Below are positions 30,705-39,892 of a DNA stretch of 64,000 nt, in pieces. Source of the DNA: an uncultured Chroococcidiopsis sp. GTDB taxonomy: Bacteria; Cyanobacteriota; Cyanobacteriia; Cyanobacteriales; Chroococcidiopsidaceae. Where the stretch lies: assembly GCA_964248365.1 (NCBI GenBank), contig CAXTYC010000017.1:47664-111663 (forward strand), given 5' to 3'. Position 1 is the first letter of the stretch. Each line of letters begins with the position of its first letter. The translations under genes were made by a program, and so were the position numbers. The notes beneath the pieces are model-generated. The model ran no database searches. It saw only the letters and a list, made by a program, of their open reading frames with translations, and was not told where the DNA came from.

Positions 30705-31412
30705 TCAACGAGTATTCTTCCTACCTAAGCAGTAATCTCGGCGATACCAGTGCTTAATTTTCGCTGGGGAAACACCTAGTAGATAAGAGATAATTGCTAC
30801 CCAGTTCATCAGTGTGGTTTGGCAAACTCCTAATTGCTGCCAACGTCGTCCTGAAGTGAAAACTGGTGATGGGATAATCGCAATGCGTCCCAAACGTCTT
30901 AAACGGCGTATCAGTTCAAAATCTTCCATCATGGGTAGATTGGGAAAGCTGCCCATTTGTTCAAATACTGTTGAGTATAAAAATATAGCTTGGTCGCCGT
31001 AGGGCATTTGAAAAAAGCGCGATCGCCAATTTACCCCGAATTCAATTAAACGCAAACTCCACGACGCATCTATCCGCAAAGCAAACGCCCCAGCAATTAC
31101 ATCAGCTTGTGTCAATGTAGTACGAACTAGGGTATCAAACTGAGCAGGTAAACGAGTATCGGCGTGGAGAAATAGTAAAATATTACCAGTTGCTGATGAC
31201 GCACCCGCATTCATTTGACAAGCACGACCTGAAGACGCAGACAAAACTTTTACACACATTGACTGAGCAAGTTCAACTGTGCTATCGTGACTACCGCCAT
31301 CGACTACAATTACTTCCACATTCGTACCGTGTTGGGTACTGGCGATCGCATCGGTAATAGTTTTTGCTTCATTCAGTGTGGGAATGATTATAGAAATTTT
31401 TTCGAGGCTAAT
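30705..31412 (-). CDS. GT2 glycosyltransferase, TIGR04283-like (arsenosugar-associated family)
   Basis: ISIIIPTLNEA, VVDGGSHD, GRACQMNAGA, LFLHADT, PYGDQAIF, MEDFEL, TSGRRW. Start uncertain (ATT 31412 or TTG 31463). Confidence 0.85.
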   Translation of the reverse strand: MSLEKISIIIPTLNEAKTITDAIASTQHGTNVEVIVVDGGSHDSTVELAQSMCVKVLSASSGRACQMNAGASSATGNILLFLHADTRLPAQFDTLVRTTLTQADVIAGAFALRIDASWSLRLIEFGVNWRSRFFQMPYGDQAIFLYSTVFEQMGSFPNLPMMEDFELIRRLRRLGRIAIIPSPVFTSGRRWQQLGVCQTTLMNWVAIISYLLGVSPAKIKHWYRRDYCLGRKNTR

Positions 31413-32031
31413 AACTTGACTCCTGATTTTGTTCCCAAATCGGCAAATCCTCCGGTCGATCAACGTCGGCTAGCTCAGATAGATAGGCAACGGATAAGTT
31501 AAGCTTTTTGGCAATATCAATAGTTTGTTGCAATACTCGGTTTGTTCCCCAGTTAATACCAATAAATAATTCTGGGATAAAGTAGCGTAAACCGAGTAAA
31601 TAATAACCACCGTCGAGCGCAGGACCAAGTACTAGATCGTAAGAGTGTAAAGCTTCAAACGCGAGGGCAATCAAATCAGCGTTTAATTGGGGGCAATCAG
31701 TGCCAATGATCACAGCATGATCTATATTATCTTGAAAAGCAAGAGATAGCGATCGCGCCATCCTCGTACCAAGATCACCTTCGCCTTGGAGTTGGTAGAC
31801 AAGATCAGATCCTAACCAATGTACCATCCGAGTTTGATCGCCACCTGCAAAGCGTACTTCGAGGGTAATTGGGCGTTGGTGTTGCAATTGTCTGACTTGA
31901 TCTAAAGTATACTCTGTCATCTGGCGTTGTAGCGTTGCTGCCCCATTTGCGCCCAAAGCCGGAATTAGTCGTGTTTTCGTCTTTCCAGGCTCTGGATAGC
32001 GGGTGAAAATAATTAAGCGTTCTTTCATCAT
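31408..32031 (-). CDS. DUF2064 / TIGR04282-like glycosyltransferase-fold protein
   Basis: LIIFTRYPEPGKTKTRLIPALG, QGEGDLGTRM, IIGTDCPQL, LGPALDGGYYLLG, DVDRPEDL. Confidence 0.88.
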   Translation of the reverse strand: MMKERLIIFTRYPEPGKTKTRLIPALGANGAATLQRQMTEYTLDQVRQLQHQRPITLEVRFAGGDQTRMVHWLGSDLVYQLQGEGDLGTRMARSLSLAFQDNIDHAVIIGTDCPQLNADLIALAFEALHSYDLVLGPALDGGYYLLGLRYFIPELFIGINWGTNRVLQQTIDIAKKLNLSVAYLSELADVDRPEDLPIWEQNQESSY

Positions 32032-32261
32032 TACTTTGTACCAAGATCGCGACCGCAGCGATATATCTGATTAAACTCGCCCCTACCAGATACCAAAATT
32101 TACAATCCTAAGAGCGCCAATTTTGAATACTCGTGTATTTTAGAATGATTATCTACCAATTTCACAGATGATATATTCTTTACACGTTTAAATCAGATAA
32201 AAGTAAAATGTAAAAGTTTCGATCTGGTCTTGCGGTCAAGCAAAAATTCAATACTATCGCA

Positions 32262-32993
32262 ATGCATAGAACAGTTGAAGTGTTACCAAATCAAACGGCG
32301 CTGATTGAGCGATCGCTCGATATTACGCTCTCAAAAATTCAAACAGCTATCGGGGAAAGAGGGTACGCTACGATCGCCTTATCTGGTGGTAGCACCCCCA
32401 AACCACTATACGAAGCGATCGCACAGCAAAATCTACCTTGGGATAAAATTCATGTATTTTGGGGTGATGAGCGCTATGTTCCCGCCGATCATCCAGATAG
32501 TAATCAATTAATGGCTCGTCGCGCTTGGCTAGATCGAGTTGATATTCCAGCCCAAAACATCCACGCGATGCCAACAGAAGAACCCGATCCGGCAGATGCT
32601 GCCCGTGAATATGAAGCACATATACAAGAGTTTTTCCATACTCAGCCTGGGGAATTTCCAACTGTGGATCTAAATTTGCTAGGCATGGGAGATGATGGAC
32701 ATACAGCATCTTTATTTCCCCACACACCAGCATTGCAAGTGCGCGATCGCCTAATTACTGTAGGCTCAAAAGATGGGCAGCCCCGCATCACCTTTACCTT
32801 TCCAATGATCAATCACTCTCGCTGTGTCGTGTTTGTAGTAGCTGGTGCTAACAAACGACTTGCATTAGCTCAAATCTTTGCTCCCGCAGCTGATGACTTT
32901 ACCTACCCAGCGCGACTAGTCCAACCTGAAGGAGAACTTTGGTGGCTGCTCGACTGGCAAGCAGGGATGGATTTACAAGTTAATAATGGCTAA
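32262..32993 (+). CDS. pgl: 6-phosphogluconolactonase
   Basis: IALSGGSTP, FWGDERYVP, LLGMGDDGHTASLFP. Confidence 0.95.
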   Translation: MHRTVEVLPNQTALIERSLDITLSKIQTAIGERGYATIALSGGSTPKPLYEAIAQQNLPWDKIHVFWGDERYVPADHPDSNQLMARRAWLDRVDIPAQNIHAMPTEEPDPADAAREYEAHIQEFFHTQPGEFPTVDLNLLGMGDDGHTASLFPHTPALQVRDRLITVGSKDGQPRITFTFPMINHSRCVVFVVAGANKRLALAQIFAPAADDFTYPARLVQPEGELWWLLDWQAGMDLQVNNG

Positions 32994-33351
32994 GTTAAGC
33001 TAATGTGCTTGGTGTTGCATAAAAGATAGTCAGCTAATTTTAGATTTTGGATGCCCAGATTTTAGATTAACAAGGCGGTTCGAGGGAAAGAGTATTCTTC
33101 CCCCCGACACGCCGCCCCATAACGCGCATTGAGGTTCCAGCAAATAATCAAGATAACTTGTTTTTATCCATAACCCCTGTTAAGTTCCAGCAAACCTATG
33201 AATTTTGGATTCAAACAGATAAACCCTAATCTAAAATCTGTCTTGGAAAGTTTGGCGGGACCCAAACCGACACCGCCAACTTTCCGCAAAATGCAAAATC
33301 TCTGCTGCGATCGCTCCTTTCTCCGCTGATTTTGATGCAAGGATAAACTTC

Positions 33352-34101
33352 ATGATCGTCTGCCCGAACTGCAATCACCCCAACCCAGAGGGAGCGCAAG
33401 CCTGTGAAGCTTGCTATACCCCCTTACCAGCCACTACAGGTTGTCCTAACTGTGGCACTCCTGTGCAAACAGATTCCAGATTCTGTGGACAATGTGGCTT
33501 TGACCTGCATTCTAGTACAGCAACAGCAACACATCCTAGTGTCAGCGGTGAATTGCCTCCTACATTACCAGACTTAAATACTCCACCGCCGCTTGTCCAG
33601 CCACCAGTGGTAGAGTCTAGGCTAATCATATCCAGCTCCACACCCAGCTCTACACCAGAACCACCTACAGAAGTAACATCTAGGGCAAATAGCACCTCAG
33701 TTAGCCCTTCCCCTCCCCCCAGTCAACCTACACCCGAACAAGTCGCGGCAAGTTCCAAAACTCAATTGCAGCAGTACAAAGCACAGCTTTTGCACGTACA
33801 ATCTAATACAGCCATTGAGTTACCACAAAACTTATCTGTGATTCATATTGGCAAGCCTAATGACCGGATTCCGCCAGATATAGATGTTGCCGGATTTGCC
33901 AATTCAGAGATTGTATCCAGAATTCATGCTGATATTCGTCTAGAGGGCGATGCATATTACATAGAGGATATGAAAAGCTCTAATGGTACATACGTCAATA
34001 ATCTGCCGCTTTTACCAGGTAATCGCCATCGTTTGCGAGTAGGCGATCGCATAGCATTGGGTAAAGGAGACTTGGTAACATTCCTGTTTCAGGTTTCTTA
34101 G
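33352..34101 (+). CDS. fraH: FraH-like protein: double zinc ribbon, Pro-rich linker, FHA domain
   Basis: MIVCPNCNHPNP...CEACYTPLP...CPNCG...FCGQCG; FHA VSRIHA...SSNGTYVN; located downstream of pgl. Confidence 0.78.
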   Translation: MIVCPNCNHPNPEGAQACEACYTPLPATTGCPNCGTPVQTDSRFCGQCGFDLHSSTATATHPSVSGELPPTLPDLNTPPPLVQPPVVESRLIISSSTPSSTPEPPTEVTSRANSTSVSPSPPPSQPTPEQVAASSKTQLQQYKAQLLHVQSNTAIELPQNLSVIHIGKPNDRIPPDIDVAGFANSEIVSRIHADIRLEGDAYYIEDMKSSNGTYVNNLPLLPGNRHRLRVGDRIALGKGDLVTFLFQVS

Positions 34102-34131
34102 CTGCTATTAGCTCCATTTTCTGCCCTCAAA

Positions 34132-34446
34132 GTGATTACAATTATTCTTCTGCATCCCCAGAACGCTACTGCAATTCAAAGTTGGACATTTAAAGATGAA
34201 TCAGTCATCCGCATTGGACGGGCGACAGATAATGATGTCGTTTTGTTGAGTGCTGTAGTTTCCCGCCATCATGCCGAACTACGACAGACGAAAAAAAATT
34301 GGGAAATTATGAATTTAGGTGCTAATGGTACTTATTTAAATGATGAATTCCTAACTGAAACAGTACCATTAGTCGATGGAGGAATTTTGCGTCTGGCTAT
34401 ATCTGGTCCAAAACTCCAAGTTCGGTTTGGTGCAGTTCCTTTGTAG
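34132..34446 (+). CDS. Stand-alone FHA domain protein
   Basis: IRIGRATDNDVVLLSAVVSRHHA...GANGTYLN. Confidence 0.85.
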   Translation: MITIILLHPQNATAIQSWTFKDESVIRIGRATDNDVVLLSAVVSRHHAELRQTKKNWEIMNLGANGTYLNDEFLTETVPLVDGGILRLAISGPKLQVRFGAVPL

Positions 34447-34583
34447 CAAAAAAAAGATAATAAATTAGCTTTTGGATAATTGGTAATTGGAGAAAGGGAA
34501 AAGGGAAAAGGTAATTCGTAATTTCCCCTTACCCCCCTCTGCCCCTCTGCTGCCATAACGAAAAGTATTAAACTAGGATGAGA

Positions 34584-35306
34584 TTAGCCAGCGATCGCAG
34601 CTAAAGAAAGCTTCAATTCTACTGTTTGTTTTTCTAGTTCCCCAGTTTGAATTTGTAACTCATATAGATTATCTTTTAGCTGGTGTCTCAGTTCTCTAAT
34701 AATTACTAAATCTTGCTCCAGTTCTTGTTTTTGGTTTTGGAGTTGGATAATTTTGGCTTGTAAGTGATTCGTTTGAGTTCGCATAAAGTCACAGCTAGCT
34801 TCTATATTCTGTTTTTCTTGTTCGATATAACATAAGTAATTATGTAGCTCAGCTTGACGTTGCTGCGCGATCGCAACTTGATTTTGTAAGTCATGAACTG
34901 TTGCTACTAATTGTTTTTTATTAGTTGCTAGAGAGATTACGTCTTGACTTAGTTGTTGCTGCTCCCTACGTTGTTCAGAAATTTCAGTATAAAGATAACT
35001 CAACTCTAATTTTAAAAAGTTGAGCTTAGCTTCTAGACGATGTTTTTCAGTAGCATTTGTCCAAATAGATTGCTGCAATTCTATCCGCTGTCTCTCAAGT
35101 TGGTAGATTTGAGCTTTAAGATTGTTTATTATAGGCTTGTGCCGCATTCGCTCTGTGCCATTGACAACAAAAACAGCCGCATAAGTGGCAAATACAGAGA
35201 TTAAACCTGTAAGTAAAGCAGGTTTGATATCTCTGTTCACAAATAGACTAAAACCAAAAGCGACACCAAAACTAACTGAACTTAGAAGTAGTTGATTGTT
35301 TAGCAT
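34584..35306 (-). CDS. Membrane-anchored coiled-coil hypothetical protein
   Basis: Two N-terminal hydrophobic segments followed by about 180 aa of heptad-rich Q/L/E sequence. Confidence 0.7.
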   Translation of the reverse strand: MLNNQLLLSSVSFGVAFGFSLFVNRDIKPALLTGLISVFATYAAVFVVNGTERMRHKPIINNLKAQIYQLERQRIELQQSIWTNATEKHRLEAKLNFLKLELSYLYTEISEQRREQQQLSQDVISLATNKKQLVATVHDLQNQVAIAQQRQAELHNYLCYIEQEKQNIEASCDFMRTQTNHLQAKIIQLQNQKQELEQDLVIIRELRHQLKDNLYELQIQTGELEKQTVELKLSLAAIAG

Positions 35307-35765
35307 ACAAGAGGGAGTAGGGAGTAGCGCTCAGAACGAGGCAAGAGAGGGAGTAGGGGATAATCAATTATCAATGTTCGCGCTTGTTGCCGCCGGCTAC
35401 AATAAACAATTGACAATTGACTTGTCCTAATCTATCTACCCCCGCTATATGAGGTACAGTAGCAAATAGCAGTCGTTCTATAGATAAGTAATTGCAAGAT
35501 GACTAAAGAAATGATTTTTAAGTAGAAACACATAAATTAGTAACCAAAAAACTAAACATATTCAAAAAGCAAATAAGTCTAAAGCTCGGATAGAATTAAA
35601 ACAATTAGCAATACTAACTTGTTATATTAGGGAACGCCTATAGCAAAAACCATGAAGATGAATGTATTCATCATGCCTTAGAGGTAAAAAATGAGTGACA
35701 AGAGGGTTCTTGATTGCTAGGCTTCTTGCTCCAAAAGATATGTAGTTGACGCAGGGCGGTGAAAA

Positions 35766-38306
35766 ATGCAACATGAGGACAATTCCCCACATCAACAGTC
35801 TCAAGAGTTATTAAGCTTACGCCAAAAAGATGCCCACCTGACAAATGCGATCGCTACATGGCAAGATGTACAACTCTATTGCACAAGTGTCAAGAATCCC
35901 AACGCCGCAGTACTCTTGTTCGATCAAAGTTTGTGCTACCTGCTAGCTGAAGGAATAGAGCTAGAGACGTTGGGGCTTTTAAGTGCAGCATTGATCGGTA
36001 AGACAATATGGGAAGTATTACCAGCCCAAACTTGTGCAGAGATAGAGCCAATTTATCGCGCCGCCCTATCAGGTAAAACAACTGTTACAGAGCAATGGTA
36101 TAATAATAAAATTTATCAAGTTTACACACTGCCAGTAAAAAACGAGCAGGGAGAAATTTTTGCAGGCATGGTGATGATGCAAAATATTACTCAACAAAAG
36201 CTTGCCGAAGCAGATAGACAAAAGAACCAGCGGTATCGCTGTCTTGTCACAGCCACAAGCGATGCAGTATGGACAACAAACGCCCAAGGACTGGTAATCG
36301 AAGATCTCCCCTCATGGCGATCGCTAACTGGACAAAGCTACGAAGAAATTCAAGGATGGGGATGGTTGAATGCTATCCATCCAGATGACCGCGAGTTAAC
36401 AGCACAACGCTGGACTGATGCTGTTGCAACAAAAAATATCTATCAAATTGAGTATAGACTACACACAGCTGATGGTAATTACCGCTTCTTCTGTATGCAG
36501 GGTGTGCCCGTTCTAGATGAAAACGGTGAAATTCAAGAATGGATAGGCACTCTCACAGATATCAGCGATCGCAAGCATTCAGAAATCAATTTGCAACAGA
36601 GCATAGAACGCCTGCGCTTGGCATTAGAAGGGGCGAATCTAGGAATGTGGGATTACGACCTGCTTACCGGAAAGCTTTTGTGGTCGCTGCAATGTAAAAG
36701 GCTGTTTGGTCTAGTACCAGACGATTGTGAGATTACCTATGAAATTTTCCGCAATGCTCTCCATCCCGAAGACAGAGAATGGGTTGATCGAGCAGTAACC
36801 CAAGCCATTAATGATAGAAGTGACTACGACATTGAATACCGTACCCTTTGGGCTGACGGTACAGTACGTTGGATCGCAGCTATTGGTCGTGCTATTTACG
36901 ACAATACTGGTCAAGCAATACGAATGAATGGCACAACTCAAGACATTACTGAGCGCAAAGAAATTGAAGCCCTACGCGCCTCAATTCTCGCCCGTGAGAT
37001 CGCAGCTAGGGCTGAATCTGAAGCAGCAAATCGGATGAAAGATGAGTTTTTGGCAATTGTTTCTCACGAACTACGTACACCGCTCAACTCAGTCCTTGGT
37101 TGGGCAGAACTCCTACATACCCGAAAATTCGATTCCTCCAAGACAGCTAAAGCTATTGAGACAATTCTCCGCAATGCCAAATTGCAATCGCAATTAATTG
37201 AAGATTTACTGGATATATCGCGTATGATGCGCGGCAACATTCAACTAGAAGTCCAGCAAGTAAACCTGATCTGCGTCATTGAAGCTGCACTAGACACAGT
37301 ACGTTTAGCAGCAGAAGCTAAATCAATTGATTTTAGATTTGCGATTAGTGAAAATTTAGAACTTAGGGCAAGAAATTCAAAAACTTATAACCTTAGCGCC
37401 TTTGCGCCTTTGCGTGACAAAAATCCAAAATTCTTAGTCTTAGGAGACGATCGCCGTTTACAACAAATCGTCTGGAATCTGCTTTCTAATGCCATCAAAT
37501 TTACACCAAACGGGGGTCAAGTAGAAATCAGGCTATCAAAGATAATGGGTAATAAAAATGAACAAGCGCCAATAACCGATGACTCTTTACCAATTACCAG
37601 CTACGCTCAGATCGAAGTAATCGACACAGGCAAAGGTATCAAATCAGACTTTTTCCCCTATATTTTTGAGCGCTTCCGGCAGGCAGATAGCACTCTCACC
37701 CGCTCGTTTGGTGGACTAGGGTTAGGGCTGGCGATCGCTCGTCAGCTAGTAGAATTGCACGGTGGCACTATCTCTGTAGCAAGTCCAGGTGAGGGACTCG
37801 GTTCTACGTTTACAGTCAAATTGCCCCTTTTGGAGGCAAAAACAGAGCTGGGGGATCTGGGGGAGCTGGGGGAGAAAAACCACTTACCCCTCACCCCTCA
37901 CCTCGTCACCCCTCACCCCTCACCCTTGACTGGTTTACAAATCCTAGTTGTAGATGACGAAGCTGATACCCGCGACTTTATTGCGAAAGTGCTGGTGAAG
38001 GAAGGAGCCATAGTGATGGCGGTAGCATCAGCGGCGGAAGCTCTAGATGTACTGGCATTGCAGCCAGATGTTTTAGTAAGTGATATTGCTATGCCCGAAG
38101 AGGACGGTTATTCTTTGATTCAAAAGGTCAGAGCAATAGAAGCAAATAAAAAGCAGCGATTACCAGCCGTAGCACTGACAGCACATCCCAACAGTGAAGA
38201 TCGGATCAACGCTCTTTGTGCAGGCTTTCAGACTCACGTAGCTAAGCCAGTCGATCCGGCAGAATTAGTAGTAGTAATAGCAAACTTGAAAAATTATCAA
38301 TGCTAA
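35766..38306 (+). CDS. Hybrid histidine kinase PAS-PAS-PAS-HisKA-HATPase-REC
   Basis: IHPDD/LHPED PAS motifs, VSHELRTPL, NLLSNAIKFT, GLGLGL, VVDDE...SDIAMP...KPV. Confidence 0.92.
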   Translation: MQHEDNSPHQQSQELLSLRQKDAHLTNAIATWQDVQLYCTSVKNPNAAVLLFDQSLCYLLAEGIELETLGLLSAALIGKTIWEVLPAQTCAEIEPIYRAALSGKTTVTEQWYNNKIYQVYTLPVKNEQGEIFAGMVMMQNITQQKLAEADRQKNQRYRCLVTATSDAVWTTNAQGLVIEDLPSWRSLTGQSYEEIQGWGWLNAIHPDDRELTAQRWTDAVATKNIYQIEYRLHTADGNYRFFCMQGVPVLDENGEIQEWIGTLTDISDRKHSEINLQQSIERLRLALEGANLGMWDYDLLTGKLLWSLQCKRLFGLVPDDCEITYEIFRNALHPEDREWVDRAVTQAINDRSDYDIEYRTLWADGTVRWIAAIGRAIYDNTGQAIRMNGTTQDITERKEIEALRASILAREIAARAESEAANRMKDEFLAIVSHELRTPLNSVLGWAELLHTRKFDSSKTAKAIETILRNAKLQSQLIEDLLDISRMMRGNIQLEVQQVNLICVIEAALDTVRLAAEAKSIDFRFAISENLELRARNSKTYNLSAFAPLRDKNPKFLVLGDDRRLQQIVWNLLSNAIKFTPNGGQVEIRLSKIMGNKNEQAPITDDSLPITSYAQIEVIDTGKGIKSDFFPYIFERFRQADSTLTRSFGGLGLGLAIARQLVELHGGTISVASPGEGLGSTFTVKLPLLEAKTELGDLGELGEKNHLPLTPHLVTPHPSPLTGLQILVVDDEADTRDFIAKVLVKEGAIVMAVASAAEALDVLALQPDVLVSDIAMPEEDGYSLIQKVRAIEANKKQRLPAVALTAHPNSEDRINALCAGFQTHVAKPVDPAELVVVIANLKNYQC

Positions 38307-38450
38307 ATTGGTAGTTGGTGAAAGGGGAAAGGGAAAAGGGAAAAGGAGTCAGTAGTCAGTAGTCAGTAGTTAGTAGTCACAATTCAGAAGAGTTAATTCT
38401 TCATCTCCCCTGAACCCACTCTCCCACTCTCTCCCTCTCCCCATCTTCCT

Positions 38451-39731
38451 CTAGCCCCTAGCCCCTTCTTCAGCCACTTCTGCTTGCAAAAAATCAATAA
38501 ACTGTCGTGCACTCCGCCCAGAGCGACCGTTGTGACGAGTTGCCCACTGTAGGGCGCGCGCCTCTAGATCTTCTTGATTTAGGGTAATTCCGGCTTGGGC
38601 TGCTAGATGGTGGACAATTTGGAGATAAGTGTTTTGATTAGCTGGTTCAAACGTCAAAGTTAGACCAAAGCGATCGCTAAATGATAGTTTTTCTTGCACT
38701 GTATCCCAAGCGTGGATTTCTTCATTATTACTCGGACGAGGGCGATCGCCAAAAAACTCCCGAATCAGGTGGCGACGATTAGAAGTAGCATAGACAACTA
38801 CATTCTGTGGTCGTGCGGTTAAATTACCTTCTAAAACAACTTTCAAAGCTTTAAAAGCATCATCATCTTCTTCAAAAGAAAGATCATCGACGAAAATAAT
38901 AAATTTCGGCGGCAAACCCCGTAGTTGTTCCACAATGGCTGGTAAATCTCTCAAATCAGATTTTGCAACTTCAATTATGCGAAGATTGCGACTACCATAT
39001 TCATTCAATAACCCTTTTACCAAAGAAGATTTACCAGAACCACGACTACCGTACAACAATACGTGCAACGCCCGATAACCTGCTAGTAAAAACTCTGTAT
39101 TCTTTAGTAAAGCATCTCGCTGATACTCATAGCCCACCAGTTGATTTATCCCGACTGAATCAGGGTAGGGAATTCCGATTAATTGCCCCGACTGCCAACG
39201 TAAAGCTTTATACCGAGCAAATATGCCAGTACCTTCTTTGCGGTAATAAGCTGCTAGTTTTTCCACATCCGCCCAATTTTCTCCAAGGGGCGTTTCACGA
39301 ATTGCGCTTGAGTGCATAGTTAGGGCAACGGGTGCAACATTCAACTTTGCCACACCTTGCACCCACTGGCACAGTTGTTCACTATCACACTGATAAAGAT
39401 TGTACAAAGCTTGCAAATCTTGCTTCGCAGCTGCTACCACTTGCGGTAATTTCGCCAAGTCTGTCTGCTGAACTTGACGAGTAAAAGGATTATCATCAGT
39501 GAGAATTTGGCTAATTAGATACTCTTGCCAAGTTTGATTTCTAGCAGCTAAAGCTCTGAAGTATTTGCCATAGGCTTTAATACAACCGAGCCAGTCGTCA
39601 CTATTACATAAAGCTTGTAATAGGTTGAGGAAAGCTTGCCCAACTTCATCCTCAAGTACAGATTGATACAGCAACAAGGAAGCTGCTTGAGTTTGGAGAA
39701 ATTGAATTGAGGCGATCGCTTGACTATCCAT
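38451..39731 (-). CDS. DUF815-family AAA+ ATPase
   Basis: GSRGSGKSS, IFVDDLSFEE, YATSNRRHL, QEKLSFSDRFG, GRSGRSARQF. Confidence 0.88.
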   Translation of the reverse strand: MDSQAIASIQFLQTQAASLLLYQSVLEDEVGQAFLNLLQALCNSDDWLGCIKAYGKYFRALAARNQTWQEYLISQILTDDNPFTRQVQQTDLAKLPQVVAAAKQDLQALYNLYQCDSEQLCQWVQGVAKLNVAPVALTMHSSAIRETPLGENWADVEKLAAYYRKEGTGIFARYKALRWQSGQLIGIPYPDSVGINQLVGYEYQRDALLKNTEFLLAGYRALHVLLYGSRGSGKSSLVKGLLNEYGSRNLRIIEVAKSDLRDLPAIVEQLRGLPPKFIIFVDDLSFEEDDDAFKALKVVLEGNLTARPQNVVVYATSNRRHLIREFFGDRPRPSNNEEIHAWDTVQEKLSFSDRFGLTLTFEPANQNTYLQIVHHLAAQAGITLNQEDLEARALQWATRHNGRSGRSARQFIDFLQAEVAEEGARG

Positions 39732-39892
39732 CGATATTAATATTTAAGCGTTGCACAATAAGGTAATGATTGTCCTTGTAACTTCCTTCAGATGCTAAAT
39801 ATCCTTTGTTTTTCTTAGCGACAAGCACGTCTTTGCGTGAAACTTGCCAAGCTGATGAACGTAGCAAGACGGATTTTTCACTTTAGCTAATA

